From Patescibacteria group bacterium (lineage in GTDB: Bacteria; Patescibacteriota; Patescibacteriia; SG8-24; DYFX01), in NCBI GenBank assembly GCA_038062835.1, contig JBBTWH010000033.1:1-54781 (forward strand): a DNA stretch of 54,781 nt. Direction: 5' to 3'. Below are positions 17,467-24,855 of this stretch, piece after piece (the first letter of the stretch is position 1; each line of letters starts with the position of its first letter). The position numbers were made by a program, and so were the translations under genes. Under the pieces are notes generated by a model. It saw only the letters and a list, made by a program, of their open reading frames with translations. It ran no database searches and was not told where the DNA came from.

Positions 17467-17514
17467 CATATCAACTTACTAGGAATTGATATCACGCCCG
17501 TGAAATAAGGTCAA
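17467..17514 (-). promoter_or_regulatory. Candidate suf operon promoter with overlapping inverted repeat (candidate Rrf2 operator)
   Basis: Minus strand: TTGACC, 17 nt, TATCAA. Inverted repeat ATATCAA-N11-TTGATAT (17468-17474 / 17486-17492) overlaps the -10 region. Confidence 0.45.
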
Positions 17515-17529
17515 GGGCGCATTCTCCCC

Positions 17530-17558
17530 TTGACAGAACCGCCTTTTCGTGCTATATT
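17530..17558 (+). promoter_or_regulatory. Near-consensus sigma70-type promoter
   Basis: TTGACA (17530-17535), exact 17-nt spacer, TATATT (17553-17558). About 95 nt upstream of the ATG at 17659. Confidence 0.7.
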
Positions 17559-17658
17559 GGCCCATTCGATAATTCCTGCCCGTATGGGGAGGTCGGCCGC
17601 AAGGCTCAGGGGTCGTCTCTGCCTTATCAGAGACACGTTCCAAAAAGGAGATGCCGCA

Positions 17659-17964
17659 ATGGCGCAAAAGAAGCTCTATCCGATCACCGCTGGCCCCACC
17701 AAGGAGGACCTCCTGGCCGGTCCGTTCACCAAGGACGGCGACGCCCGCACGGTGAACTTCACCATGACGAGCCCCTCGCAGACCGGCTCATGGTCGGTCG
17801 ACGCGCTGCTTGCCGAGGTCACGCCGGAGGACGGATCCGGCCAGAGCTGGTGCTTCGCCGGCTTCATCAAGGGCTTCCGTCCCGACCGGACGGCGGAGAA
17901 GCTGGTGAAGATTCGCGGCTACTACGACTCGCGCAGCAAAAAGGGCTGGATCGTGTACCTCTGA
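17659..17964 (+). CDS. Hypothetical small protein (101 aa; start trimmed to the SD-preceded ATG)
   Basis: AAGGAG at 17645-17650, 8 nt before the ATG. The ORF continues to a terminator. No recognizable motif. Confidence 0.55.
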   Translation: MAQKKLYPITAGPTKEDLLAGPFTKDGDARTVNFTMTSPSQTGSWSVDALLAEVTPEDGSGQSWCFAGFIKGFRPDRTAEKLVKIRGYYDSRSKKGWIVYL

Positions 17965-17965
17965 A

Positions 17966-18056
17966 AGCACCCGCGACGCAAAGAGCACCACTCGGCACGT
18001 AAAGACGCAAAGCGTCCACGTGCCAAGCTCTCGCGTCCGGGTGCTCTTTCTTTTTC
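17966..18056. terminator. Long compound hairpin between convergent genes, with a T-run on the plus strand
   Basis: AGAGCACC (17982-17989) / GGTGCTCT (18040-18047) and inner GGCACGT (17994-18000) / ACGTGCC (18018-18024), followed by TTTCTTTTT. Confidence 0.6.
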
Positions 18057-18327
18057 AGCCGATCAGGTCGCGTTCGCGAAGTTCGGAGCGCAAGTCACGC
18101 ATATCGCCTTTCAGCTCGACTCGCAGAGTCTGAACCGTCCGGTCCGTGTGGTCCATCAGCTCATGACGCATGACGCCGAGCTTCCCATCGAGCTTCGCGT
18201 CCCAATTCCGATCCATTTCCTCAAAACCGTCCCGGACAGCTTCAAGCACCGGTTCGAGCTTCTTATCAAGCTTTTCGTCCACGATGGCGCCGATGGCGTG
18301 CAGGTCGTCGTTCGAAAGCATACGCAT
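18055..18327 (-). CDS. Hypothetical small charged/coiled-coil protein
   Basis: 90-aa ORF rich in D/E/K/R/L heptad-like sequence. No motif recognized. Confidence 0.45.
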   Translation of the reverse strand: MRMLSNDDLHAIGAIVDEKLDKKLEPVLEAVRDGFEEMDRNWDAKLDGKLGVMRHELMDHTDRTVQTLRVELKGDMRDLRSELRERDLIG

Positions 18328-18405
18328 ATCAGGTTAATGGTACACGCCGCGTAAAGCTTGCGCCACGCGGCATGCCCGCGTCCTGCCTGAAGTCGATTCC
18401 GTATG

Positions 18406-19539
18406 TCAACCGGGGTAATGCGCGTGGTGCGACGGCTGGCCGTGGACATGCTCGTGGCCTTCATCGCCGGGCTTCACCATCAGGACCGCGAGCGCCGTGG
18501 TGATGGGTACCGCCATGACGAGGCCCAGGGATCCGACGATGGTGCGTACGATTTCAGTCGCGACGAGTTCGCCGTTCAGCGCCACCAGCGGCGGCGTCTT
18601 ATCGCTGATGAAGAGCAGGAGAAGCGGCAAGGCGCTGCCGGTGTAGGCCAAGGCGAGCGTGTTCACGAGCGCGCCGACGTGCTCCTTGCCGACGCGCAAG
18701 GCGCGCGCGTAGATCTCGCCGTTCGAAAGACGGTTCCCGACGGACTTCAGTTCCGCCACGACCGACGCCTGCGTGATGGCGATGTCGTCCAGGATGCCGA
18801 GGATGCCGATGATGATTCCGCCTAGCAGCAATCCGCGCGCGTCGAGCGTACCGCCGAGTTGGGTGTTCAGGTAGACCGCCTCGTCGGACGAGAAGCCGGT
18901 GAGTTCCGCCACGCGCACCGCCAGGGTCGCCAGGATGCCCGTCATCATGACGGTCGAGATCGTGCCGAGGAACGCCGCATGCGTCGTGCGGCGCCAGCCG
19001 TGCGTGCTGTAGAGCGCGAGGACCAGCACGATGCCGGCGACCAGGACGCTCATCAAGACCGGCGGCGCACCCTTGAGGATGCCGGGCAGGAGCACGTAGA
19101 GGATGACGAAGAAACTGCCGGCCAGGCTCAGGATCGAGCGCACGCCCTGCTTGCCGCCCAAGGCGAGAATCGCGAGCGTAAAGACGGCGACCAACCCGAG
19201 CAGGACCGGCAGACGGTCGCGCTCGAGCGCCTGATACGTCTCCTCGCCTTCCGCATCGTCCACGTATTGGAGGAAGAACGTGTCGCCCTTGGAAAGCTTG
19301 AGGTGATCGTTCACGACCTCGACCATCTTCCCCTTCTTGCCGCCGCTGAGGAGCTCAGCGCGAATCACCTGGAACGGCATTTCGACTGTCCCTTCCGGCT
19401 CGTCGGTAGCCTGGGAGACGACCTCGATCATCCGGGCTCGCCACACTTCCGAAGTCGGAACGTCCTGCGCCCGCGCGAAACCGGCCGGAGCCAGGACGGC
19501 GGCCAGGGAGATCGCCGCGAAAACGGCCTTGAATCGCAT
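18406..19539 (-). CDS. YibE/F-family integral membrane protein
   Basis: 377 aa. Signal peptide, N-terminal soluble domain, then multiple TM helices with GILGILDDIAITQAS and TLALAYTGSALPLLLLF blocks typical of YibE/F. Confidence 0.75.
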   Translation of the reverse strand: MRFKAVFAAISLAAVLAPAGFARAQDVPTSEVWRARMIEVVSQATDEPEGTVEMPFQVIRAELLSGGKKGKMVEVVNDHLKLSKGDTFFLQYVDDAEGEETYQALERDRLPVLLGLVAVFTLAILALGGKQGVRSILSLAGSFFVILYVLLPGILKGAPPVLMSVLVAGIVLVLALYSTHGWRRTTHAAFLGTISTVMMTGILATLAVRVAELTGFSSDEAVYLNTQLGGTLDARGLLLGGIIIGILGILDDIAITQASVVAELKSVGNRLSNGEIYARALRVGKEHVGALVNTLALAYTGSALPLLLLFISDKTPPLVALNGELVATEIVRTIVGSLGLVMAVPITTALAVLMVKPGDEGHEHVHGQPSHHAHYPG

Positions 19540-19560
19540 ATGGCATCAGTCTAACATATC

Positions 19561-19589
19561 TTGCCAGCGCAAAGGTTTTGGGCTACAGT
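19561..19589 (+). promoter_or_regulatory. Candidate promoter of the infC-rpmI-rplT operon
   Basis: TTGCCA (19561-19566), 17 nt, TACAGT (19584-19589). Confidence 0.5.
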
Positions 19590-19625
19590 GGCCTTCGTAA
19601 TCAATATTTTCCGCGATTCGTCCAA

Positions 19626-20177
19626 ATGCGCATCCACCCCAAAAAGTTCCATCGCCCCGTCGATCTCGGTCCCCAGTACCGCGCCAACCTCCAGATTATC
19701 GCTCCCGAAGTGCGCGTGATCGACGAAAACGGCGATAATTTGGGCGTCCTGTCCACGGCCGAAGCGGTCGCCGCCGCCCAGGAACGCGGCTACGACCTCG
19801 TCGAGGTCGACCCCCGCCCGGTTCCCCCGATCTGCAAGATCCTGAACCTCGGACAGTTCAAATACGAGCGCGAACGCGAGGCCCGCAAGAAGAAGTCCAA
19901 GGCCAAGTCGGTCGAGGTGAAGGGCATCCGCCTCTCCCCCCGCATCGGCCAGCACGACCTCGAGACCCGCCTCCGGACGGCCGAAAGTTTCCTGGAGGAC
20001 GGCGATAAGGTCAAAGTCGAGATCATCCTGCGCGGCCGCGAGAAAGCCTTCGCCCACCTGGCGCGCGGCGTCATCGAGAACTTCGTGAAGATGATGCAGG
20101 AAAAGCACGCTTTGGTCGTCGAACAGCCTATCCAGGCCCAGGGAGGACAGTTGACAACTATCGTGGGGAAGAAGTAA
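19626..20177 (+). CDS. infC: Translation initiation factor IF-3
   Basis: IIAPEVRVIDENGDNLGVL, YDLVEV, PPICKILNLGQFKYE and KVKVEIILRGRE blocks. Start uncertain: ATG at 19626 chosen, while the TTG at 19578 lies inside the predicted promoter. Confidence 0.9.
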   Translation: MRIHPKKFHRPVDLGPQYRANLQIIAPEVRVIDENGDNLGVLSTAEAVAAAQERGYDLVEVDPRPVPPICKILNLGQFKYEREREARKKKSKAKSVEVKGIRLSPRIGQHDLETRLRTAESFLEDGDKVKVEIILRGREKAFAHLARGVIENFVKMMQEKHALVVEQPIQAQGGQLTTIVGKK

Positions 20178-20215
20178 GCTCCCCCCAATCGCTACATTAC
20201 GCCCAAGTTCAACGT

Positions 20216-20416
20216 ATGAAGATGAAGACGAAAAAGTCCTTCGCGAAACGCGTCAAAGTCACCAAAAACGGCAAGTTGCTGATTCGCAAGGGCGGCCAGA
20301 ACCACTTCAACAGCCGGGACACCGGGACTGTCACGAAGAAAAAGCGCCGCGATTCCGACCTTTCGGAGTCGTACCGGCACACGATGAAGTCACAGCTTCC
20401 GCATAACCCCGTCTAA
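20216..20416 (+). CDS. rpmI: 50S ribosomal protein L35
   Basis: 66 aa. MKMKTKKSFAKRVKVTKNGKLLIRKGGQNH is a typical L35 N-terminus. Lies between infC and rplT. Confidence 0.9.
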   Translation: MKMKTKKSFAKRVKVTKNGKLLIRKGGQNHFNSRDTGTVTKKKRRDSDLSESYRHTMKSQLPHNPV

Positions 20417-20418
20417 AT

Positions 20419-20778
20419 ATGCCGCGCGTCAAACGAGGTAAAGTCCGCGCCCGCAAGCGCGCCCGCGTCCTGAAACGGACGAAGGGCATGATGTGGGGGC
20501 GCAAGAGCAAGATCAAGCTGGCCAAGACCGCCGCCACCAAGGCCGGCGCCTACGCCTACCGCGACCGCCGGAACAAGAAGCGCGAAATGCGCTCCCTCTG
20601 GCTCATCCGCCTGAACGCCGGACTCCGCGAGCTGGGACTCAGCTACAGCAAGTTCCACGGCATGCTCTCCAAAGCCAAGATCTCCCTCGACCGCAAGGTC
20701 CTGGCCGAACTGGCCGCCAGCCACCCCGCCGTCTTCAAGGCCTTGGTCGAAACGACCGTCAAGTTGGCCGCGAAGTGA
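20419..20778 (+). CDS. rplT: 50S ribosomal protein L20
   Basis: 119 aa. MPRVKRGKVRARKRARVLKRTKG...AYAYRDRRNKKREMRSLWLIRLNA is typical L20. Confidence 0.95.
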   Translation: MPRVKRGKVRARKRARVLKRTKGMMWGRKSKIKLAKTAATKAGAYAYRDRRNKKREMRSLWLIRLNAGLRELGLSYSKFHGMLSKAKISLDRKVLAELAASHPAVFKALVETTVKLAAK

Positions 20779-20815
20779 CGAGGAGGCCATAAAATGGCTT
20801 AACACTGCCGACGAC

Positions 20816-20843
20816 GTCATCCCGGCGAAAGCCGGTATCATCC
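20816..20843. repeat. Short GTCAT-type GC hairpin module with GAAA loop
   Basis: GTCATCCCGGCGAAAGCCGGTATCATCC: stem CCCGGC/GCCGG around GAAA. Same general design as the modules at 17388-17458. Confidence 0.45.
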
Positions 20844-20852
20844 GAAACCCAG

Positions 20853-20888
20853 AAAGTCAAGAATCTGTCAAAGAGTCTTGACTTTTTT
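20853..20888 (+). terminator. Intrinsic terminator of the infC-rpmI-rplT operon
   Basis: Perfect 10-bp stem AAAGTCAAGA (20853-20862) / TCTTGACTTT (20877-20886) running into TTTTTT. Confidence 0.75.
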
Positions 20889-20906
20889 GGTATTTCATGC
20901 TACACT
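20878..20906 (+). promoter_or_regulatory. Sigma70-type promoter of the 21005 gene; its -35 is embedded in the preceding terminator stem
   Basis: TTGACT (20878-20883), 17-nt spacer, TACACT (20901-20906). Confidence 0.6.
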
Positions 20907-21004
20907 GCCCGGTCCCTGGAAACCGGCATTGTGCCTCTATTCCTATGGGGCGAAACCCGAACGCCCTTTGAAAGTTCCCAACCCAAACCGAAGAGGAGTC
21001 ATCG

Positions 21005-22309
21005 ATGAGCCAGAACGCCAAGAACGACACCTGCTCCACCTGCAAGAAGGCATTGATCACCAATCACACCTTCCAAGGCGTCAGCCCCGAAGGGAAGGTC
21101 AGAGTTCAATGCCACCCGGAACCCCTCGCCACGACGGACCTCGTCCTGAAGTACGTCCTCGAGGCCATCGCTGCCAAGCTGGCGGCACAGTCCGAGCTCG
21201 TCGAGGTCAAGAAGAAGCACGCCGGCGAGATCCAGGCCAAGGTGGCCCAGACCGAGCGCGACTTCGAAGCCAAGGTGGCCTCAAGGGCCGCCGAAAAGAC
21301 GGCCGCCGAAATCATCGAGATCGAGGCGGACTACAAGCGCGAGATCGAGGAAGGCGAAGAGACGCGGGTCAACCTCGTCGCGGCGCACGACGCCAAGGTG
21401 CTCGATCTCGAGCAGCTGCTCAAGGAGGTCTGCGGCGACAATAAGACGATCCGCGAGGAGAAGACGGCGCTCGTCGAAAGTCTCGCCGCGTGCGAGGACA
21501 AGTGCCTGAAGCAGCAGCTCAAGATCGTCGAGTTGGCGGATGCGCACTCCGAACTGAAGGCCCGCTACAATGGGCTGAAGGATTCTAGCCTGGTCCTGGT
21601 CCGAAGCCTCGTCAGCATGAGCACGCGCGTGGCCGTACTCGAAGAGAAGACCGGGGTCATCCCCAAGGTCGATCCCAAGGCGATCTACGCGATGATCACC
21701 GGGCAGGAGTACGACGACGAGACGATTCCGGTCGACGACCTCATCAACGACCCTCCGCCCGCACTGCCACCGGCCCCCAAGGCTGACGTCGCGCCGGTTC
21801 CCACGGCGGCCGCCCAGGCCGCTCCCGCTCCGGCCCAGCCGACCAACGTGGTCGAGCTGGACGATTCGGAGCCCGAGTCCGAGTCGTCGTTCGCATCGTT
21901 GAACGACGAGCGCGGAGACTACGGTGAATGCATCGTCGATGACGACGTCGTGGCGCAGGATGCCGCGTCCGACGAGGATGACGAAGAGTCGTCCGAGGAA
22001 GACGAGGCGGAGAGGGGCAGCGTGTGCCACGACATCGTCGATGACGACGTCGTGGCGCAGGATGCCGCGTCCGACGAGGATGACGAAGAGTCGTCCGAGG
22101 AAGACGAGGCGGAGAAGTGCAGCGTGTGCGACCAGTCTACCGCCGAGGAGATGTCCTTCGTCAAGAAGGACGGATCCGAGGGGCGGCTGACTGCCTGCGA
22201 CCCGAGAAAGCACGCCGACGCGTTCCTGGCCTACCTGAAGCAGGCGGCCAAGAAGGCTCCCAAGAGCGCGGTGGACGTCATCTCGCTCTTCAACCCCATC
22301 CAACAGTAG
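21005..22309 (+). CDS. Acidic coiled-coil protein with CxxC...C knuckle motifs at both ends and an internal 34-aa tandem duplication
   Basis: 434 aa. SD GAGGAG 6 nt upstream. Long heptad-like E/K/A region, Pro/Ala linker, two D/E/S-rich repeats. N-terminal CSTC-x22-C and C-terminal CSVC-x22-C motifs. Confidence 0.7.
   Translation: MSQNAKNDTCSTCKKALITNHTFQGVSPEGKVRVQCHPEPLATTDLVLKYVLEAIAAKLAAQSELVEVKKKHAGEIQAKVAQTERDFEAKVASRAAEKTAAEIIEIEADYKREIEEGEETRVNLVAAHDAKVLDLEQLLKEVCGDNKTIREEKTALVESLAACEDKCLKQQLKIVELADAHSELKARYNGLKDSSLVLVRSLVSMSTRVAVLEEKTGVIPKVDPKAIYAMITGQEYDDETIPVDDLINDPPPALPPAPKADVAPVPTAAAQAAPAPAQPTNVVELDDSEPESESSFASLNDERGDYGECIVDDDVVAQDAASDEDDEESSEEDEAERGSVCHDIVDDDVVAQDAASDEDDEESSEEDEAEKCSVCDQSTAEEMSFVKKDGSEGRLTACDPRKHADAFLAYLKQAAKKAPKSAVDVISLFNPIQQ
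21932..22115 (+). repeat. In-frame tandem duplication, period 102 nt, with an 82-nt perfectly identical core
   Basis: 21932-22013 and 22034-22115 are identical (ATCGTCGATGACGACGTCGTGGCGCAGGATGCC...GAGGCGGAGA), encoding IVDDDVVAQDAASDEDDEESSEEDEAE twice. Confidence 0.95.
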
Positions 22310-22327
22310 AACAAGAAGGAGGATACG

Positions 22328-22834
22328 ATGGACGACATCGAGTGCATCCCGGCCCCAACCGCCGCTTCCCAGGAAGTCTCCGCCAAGACGGAGATCATCG
22401 ATCGCGGCAGGAGTAGCTCGCCGAAGACCAAGGTCATCGTCGCCCTGCTCTTGGCCCTCGCCCTCATCGGCGGCGTCGCCTTCACCCTCGTGAAGCGTCT
22501 CTCCAGTGGAGAAGCGGCCTCGGTCGCGACTTCGGTCGAGACCGGCTCCGGAGGGTCCGCCGAGACCGTCGTGAATGCGGCAGTCGCGGACGCGGTGCCC
22601 GAAGGGTGCCTCGGCGCCGATGCGGACCCGCAGAGGAAGTGGTACTGCGAGGAGTTCCTTCCCTTCGCCCGAAAGGCGTCGGCCGACCATGGTCGGATCG
22701 ATCGCCTGGAAGCGAACGCGGGGCACCCCCGCCTCCCCCTCTCGTTCTGGCTTATCGTCATGGGGATATTTTCCCTCACGGTGTTCAACACCGTGCTGAT
22801 ACTCCCCAAGAAGAAGGGGGCAGCCGAGAAGTAA
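22328..22834 (+). CDS. Hypothetical bitopic/two-TM membrane protein
   Basis: 168 aa. SD AAGGAGGA upstream. TM helices VIVALLLALALIGGVAFTLV and LSFWLIVMGIFSLTVFNTVLIL. Followed by a terminator. Confidence 0.6.
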   Translation: MDDIECIPAPTAASQEVSAKTEIIDRGRSSSPKTKVIVALLLALALIGGVAFTLVKRLSSGEAASVATSVETGSGGSAETVVNAAVADAVPEGCLGADADPQRKWYCEEFLPFARKASADHGRIDRLEANAGHPRLPLSFWLIVMGIFSLTVFNTVLILPKKKGAAEK

Positions 22835-22850
22835 GGAACGCTCAGTCAGA

Positions 22851-22888
22851 GGACCCGGCAGCATCACGCTGTCGGGTCCGATTTTTTT
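22851..22888 (+). terminator. Intrinsic terminator
   Basis: Stem GGACCCGGCAG (22851-22861) / CTGTCGGGTCC (22869-22879) followed by TTTTTTT. Confidence 0.8.
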
Positions 22889-22891
22889 GCG

Positions 22892-24265
22892 TCAGATGTC
22901 GATGGATGCCGGCGCGGTCATGAATCCTTGGGATGGTTCGCCGCGGCGGATGACGGGTCGCTCGTCGGCCCAGGCGTAGCCGTAGCGGCTGCCGTCATGC
23001 GCGTAGGCGGCGTAGAGCGGACGGCCGCCGAACTCGCGGCTCAGGGCGTCGAAGGCGAGGTGTCCGACCAAGGCTCCGTCGTCTCCCGCGACCGCGCGGC
23101 AACGGACCGCGCGCCCGTTCTTGCCTTCGTGCACGACGGGACGGCGGCGTCCGTCCATCACGGCGCGATAGACTTTCATTCCCGGTCGCATCGGCGCCAT
23201 CCGCGCTTCAGGAACTTCCATCCCCAGCGCCTCGGCGCAGGAGACGGCGTGCGCCGCGGGATGCCGGCGCAACGCGTCGGAAATCGTCTCGAGACGACGA
23301 CGCTTGTCTTCGGCCTGGCGCGGATCGGCAGCCTCGTCATCGATGGCTTCGGCGGCTTCGGATGCCGTCAGATGCGCGTATCGGCCGATCGTCTCCGGCG
23401 GAAGATGCGCGGGCGCGACGGTCGCTCCGGACCGGCGAGCCACCGGCTTGGAAACAGAACCCGTGCCGAGCGCGGCACTGGCTGAGGCCGCGCCCATGAG
23501 ACGCGACGTCTCCGAGTCGGCGCCGTCCCACATAGCCTCGCGAGCGCCGTTCAAAGACGCGACGGCAAGGACGAGCTCCTCCATGAAGGAAGCGTCTCCT
23601 TCGGTGCGGAGCTTGGGTTTACCGCGCAGCAACGAGGACGCGGCCGCTCCCAGCAGGAACGGGGCTTCGCCGGCCCCGTGACTCATAGCCTGACCCTTGA
23701 GATGCGCGGCGGCGGCGATCGCCTTCAGCGCCGAAGAGCGGCGATGCGCCCCGTGCAGGCGGGCGTTGGCGGCGAATTCGGATACGAGCGGGCGGGCGAC
23801 GGTATCCCAAAGATGCCCGCCGTCCTTCTCGTGGAGAAGGGCCACGCTGGCTGGGCCGCGCAGGTATCCTTGGCGGTCATCGATGTCCGCCGCGAGCGTC
23901 TCGCGCGCGGCGACGGCGATGGCCGAAGAGAGGAGCGCGTCATCGGCGCGCCTTTCGTCGTCGGTCCCGTTCACGCCTAGGCTGCCGGCGACGGACCAAT
24001 GCGTCCAAGCGCCGTCATCCGAAAGCCTCGCAGCAGCGAGCGCGCGCGTCTTCCAGTCCGTCGACGAGAGGTCGCACTTCAGCTCACGAGACCCGCGCTC
24101 GCCAGCCGTCTTCGAAGCGAGAAAAGCGTCGGCGCGGACGGCGATCTCATCGAGGCTCGATTCGGGAGCGTCGAGGATACCGCATTCGGCGAGAAGCCCT
24201 ACGAGTACGCGCGTGTCACCTGTCCAGCCGACAGGAATACCGCGCCTCATGTCGGCGGCGTTCAT
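22892..24265 (-). CDS. Hypothetical Ala-rich protein of unknown function (457 aa; start trimmed to the ATG at 24265)
   Basis: The only long ORF consistent with the ATGA-coupled upstream gene. No signal peptide, TM or motif recognized. Confidence 0.5.
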   Translation of the reverse strand: MNAADMRRGIPVGWTGDTRVLVGLLAECGILDAPESSLDEIAVRADAFLASKTAGERGSRELKCDLSSTDWKTRALAAARLSDDGAWTHWSVAGSLGVNGTDDERRADDALLSSAIAVAARETLAADIDDRQGYLRGPASVALLHEKDGGHLWDTVARPLVSEFAANARLHGAHRRSSALKAIAAAAHLKGQAMSHGAGEAPFLLGAAASSLLRGKPKLRTEGDASFMEELVLAVASLNGAREAMWDGADSETSRLMGAASASAALGTGSVSKPVARRSGATVAPAHLPPETIGRYAHLTASEAAEAIDDEAADPRQAEDKRRRLETISDALRRHPAAHAVSCAEALGMEVPEARMAPMRPGMKVYRAVMDGRRRPVVHEGKNGRAVRCRAVAGDDGALVGHLAFDALSREFGGRPLYAAYAHDGSRYGYAWADERPVIRRGEPSQGFMTAPASIDI

Positions 24266-24618
24266 AGATGCAGTTCTCCGCGAAGGCGCGCGGCGTGCTC
24301 GAGGCACTCGCGTCCGAACGCGTCGAGCGCCTGGCGGACGCGCGCCTCGGCATCCGGCACGCGGACGTCGAAAAACGCGGCCATCTCATCCTCCCCCGCT
24401 CCATCCGAGGCCATGGAGCGGAACTCTCCGAGCGAATGACGATCGATGGCGTTCGAGAGTTCGAGTCCGATCCTGCGCTGTGCTTCCGCCGTCAGCGCGG
24501 CGACCGTCTCGGCGCGCTCCTCCGCAGGCGCGTGCGCGAAACCGGCCTTGGAAAGCAGGGCTTCGACATACGCGCGGATCGGATCATGCGCGAAGGCGGA
24601 CACCGGAGGAAGATCCAT
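24262..24618 (-). CDS. Hypothetical small acidic helical protein
   Basis: 118-aa ORF, ATGA-coupled to the downstream gene. TATACT lies 8 nt upstream of the ATG and there is no SD (possibly leaderless). Confidence 0.5.
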   Translation of the reverse strand: MDLPPVSAFAHDPIRAYVEALLSKAGFAHAPAEERAETVAALTAEAQRRIGLELSNAIDRHSLGEFRSMASDGAGEDEMAAFFDVRVPDAEARVRQALDAFGRECLEHAARLRGELHL

Positions 24619-24634
24619 ACCAAGACAGTATAGC

Positions 24635-24662
24635 GAAAAAACGACCTCGCGGCGAAGGTCGT
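24635..24662 (-). terminator. Intrinsic terminator-like hairpin located just upstream of the 24618 start (attenuator or end of an upstream RNA)
   Basis: Stem ACGACCT (24641-24647) / AGGTCGT (24656-24662); on the minus strand it is followed by TTTTTT. Confidence 0.55.
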
Positions 24663-24825
24663 CTCATCGCCTGCGCGGAATCATCTTTTCCGACTCGATG
24701 AGGAGATGCGATAGGGCGCCGGCCGGCCGCGCCCCTGGAGAGCGACCGTTTTCCTGGCATGCCACGTGAACCGCGCTGAAGGAAGCCGCGTAAAATCCTC
24801 GCTGCGCTCGGATCACGCGGCACGT

Positions 24826-24855
24826 AAAAACCACCCCCTTACGGGCGCGGTTTTT
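24826..24855 (-). terminator. Intrinsic terminator downstream of tRNA-Asp
   Basis: Minus strand ACCGCGCCC-GUAA-GGGGGUGGU (8 of 9 pairs) followed by UUUU; flanked by A/T runs on both sides. Confidence 0.6.

Noticed and set aside
17584-17593. Shared 10-mer TATGGGGAGG at 17584-17593 and 25080-25089 (with a related TATGGGGCG at 20944) as a possible conserved leader motif
   Set aside because: The copies are in different orientations relative to their nearest promoters, and a single 10-mer match in ~110 kb of two-strand sequence is close to chance expectation.
19578-19625. Longer IF-3 ORF starting at the TTG at 19578
   Set aside because: That TTG falls within the spacer of the predicted TTGCCA-17-TACAGT promoter (19561-19589), upstream of the likely transcription start. 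I used the in-frame ATG at 19626. An unusual start cannot be excluded, since infC often uses one.
21932-22115. Possible CRISPR array or other non-coding repeat array
   Set aside because: Only two copies exist, with a period of 102 nt, in frame inside a well-supported CDS, and no spacer-like unique segments of CRISPR size. No cas genes or other regularly spaced repeats were seen anywhere in the window.
24663-24826. SRP (4.5S) RNA, suggested by GTGAACCGCGCTGAAGGAAGCCGCG, which resembles the GGAAGCAGCC domain IV motif
   Set aside because: The flanking sequence does not form the conserved symmetric/asymmetric internal loops or the long closing helix of SRP RNA on either strand. The resemblance is limited to a short purine-rich stretch. 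The region is kept only as an unclassified candidate structured RNA.
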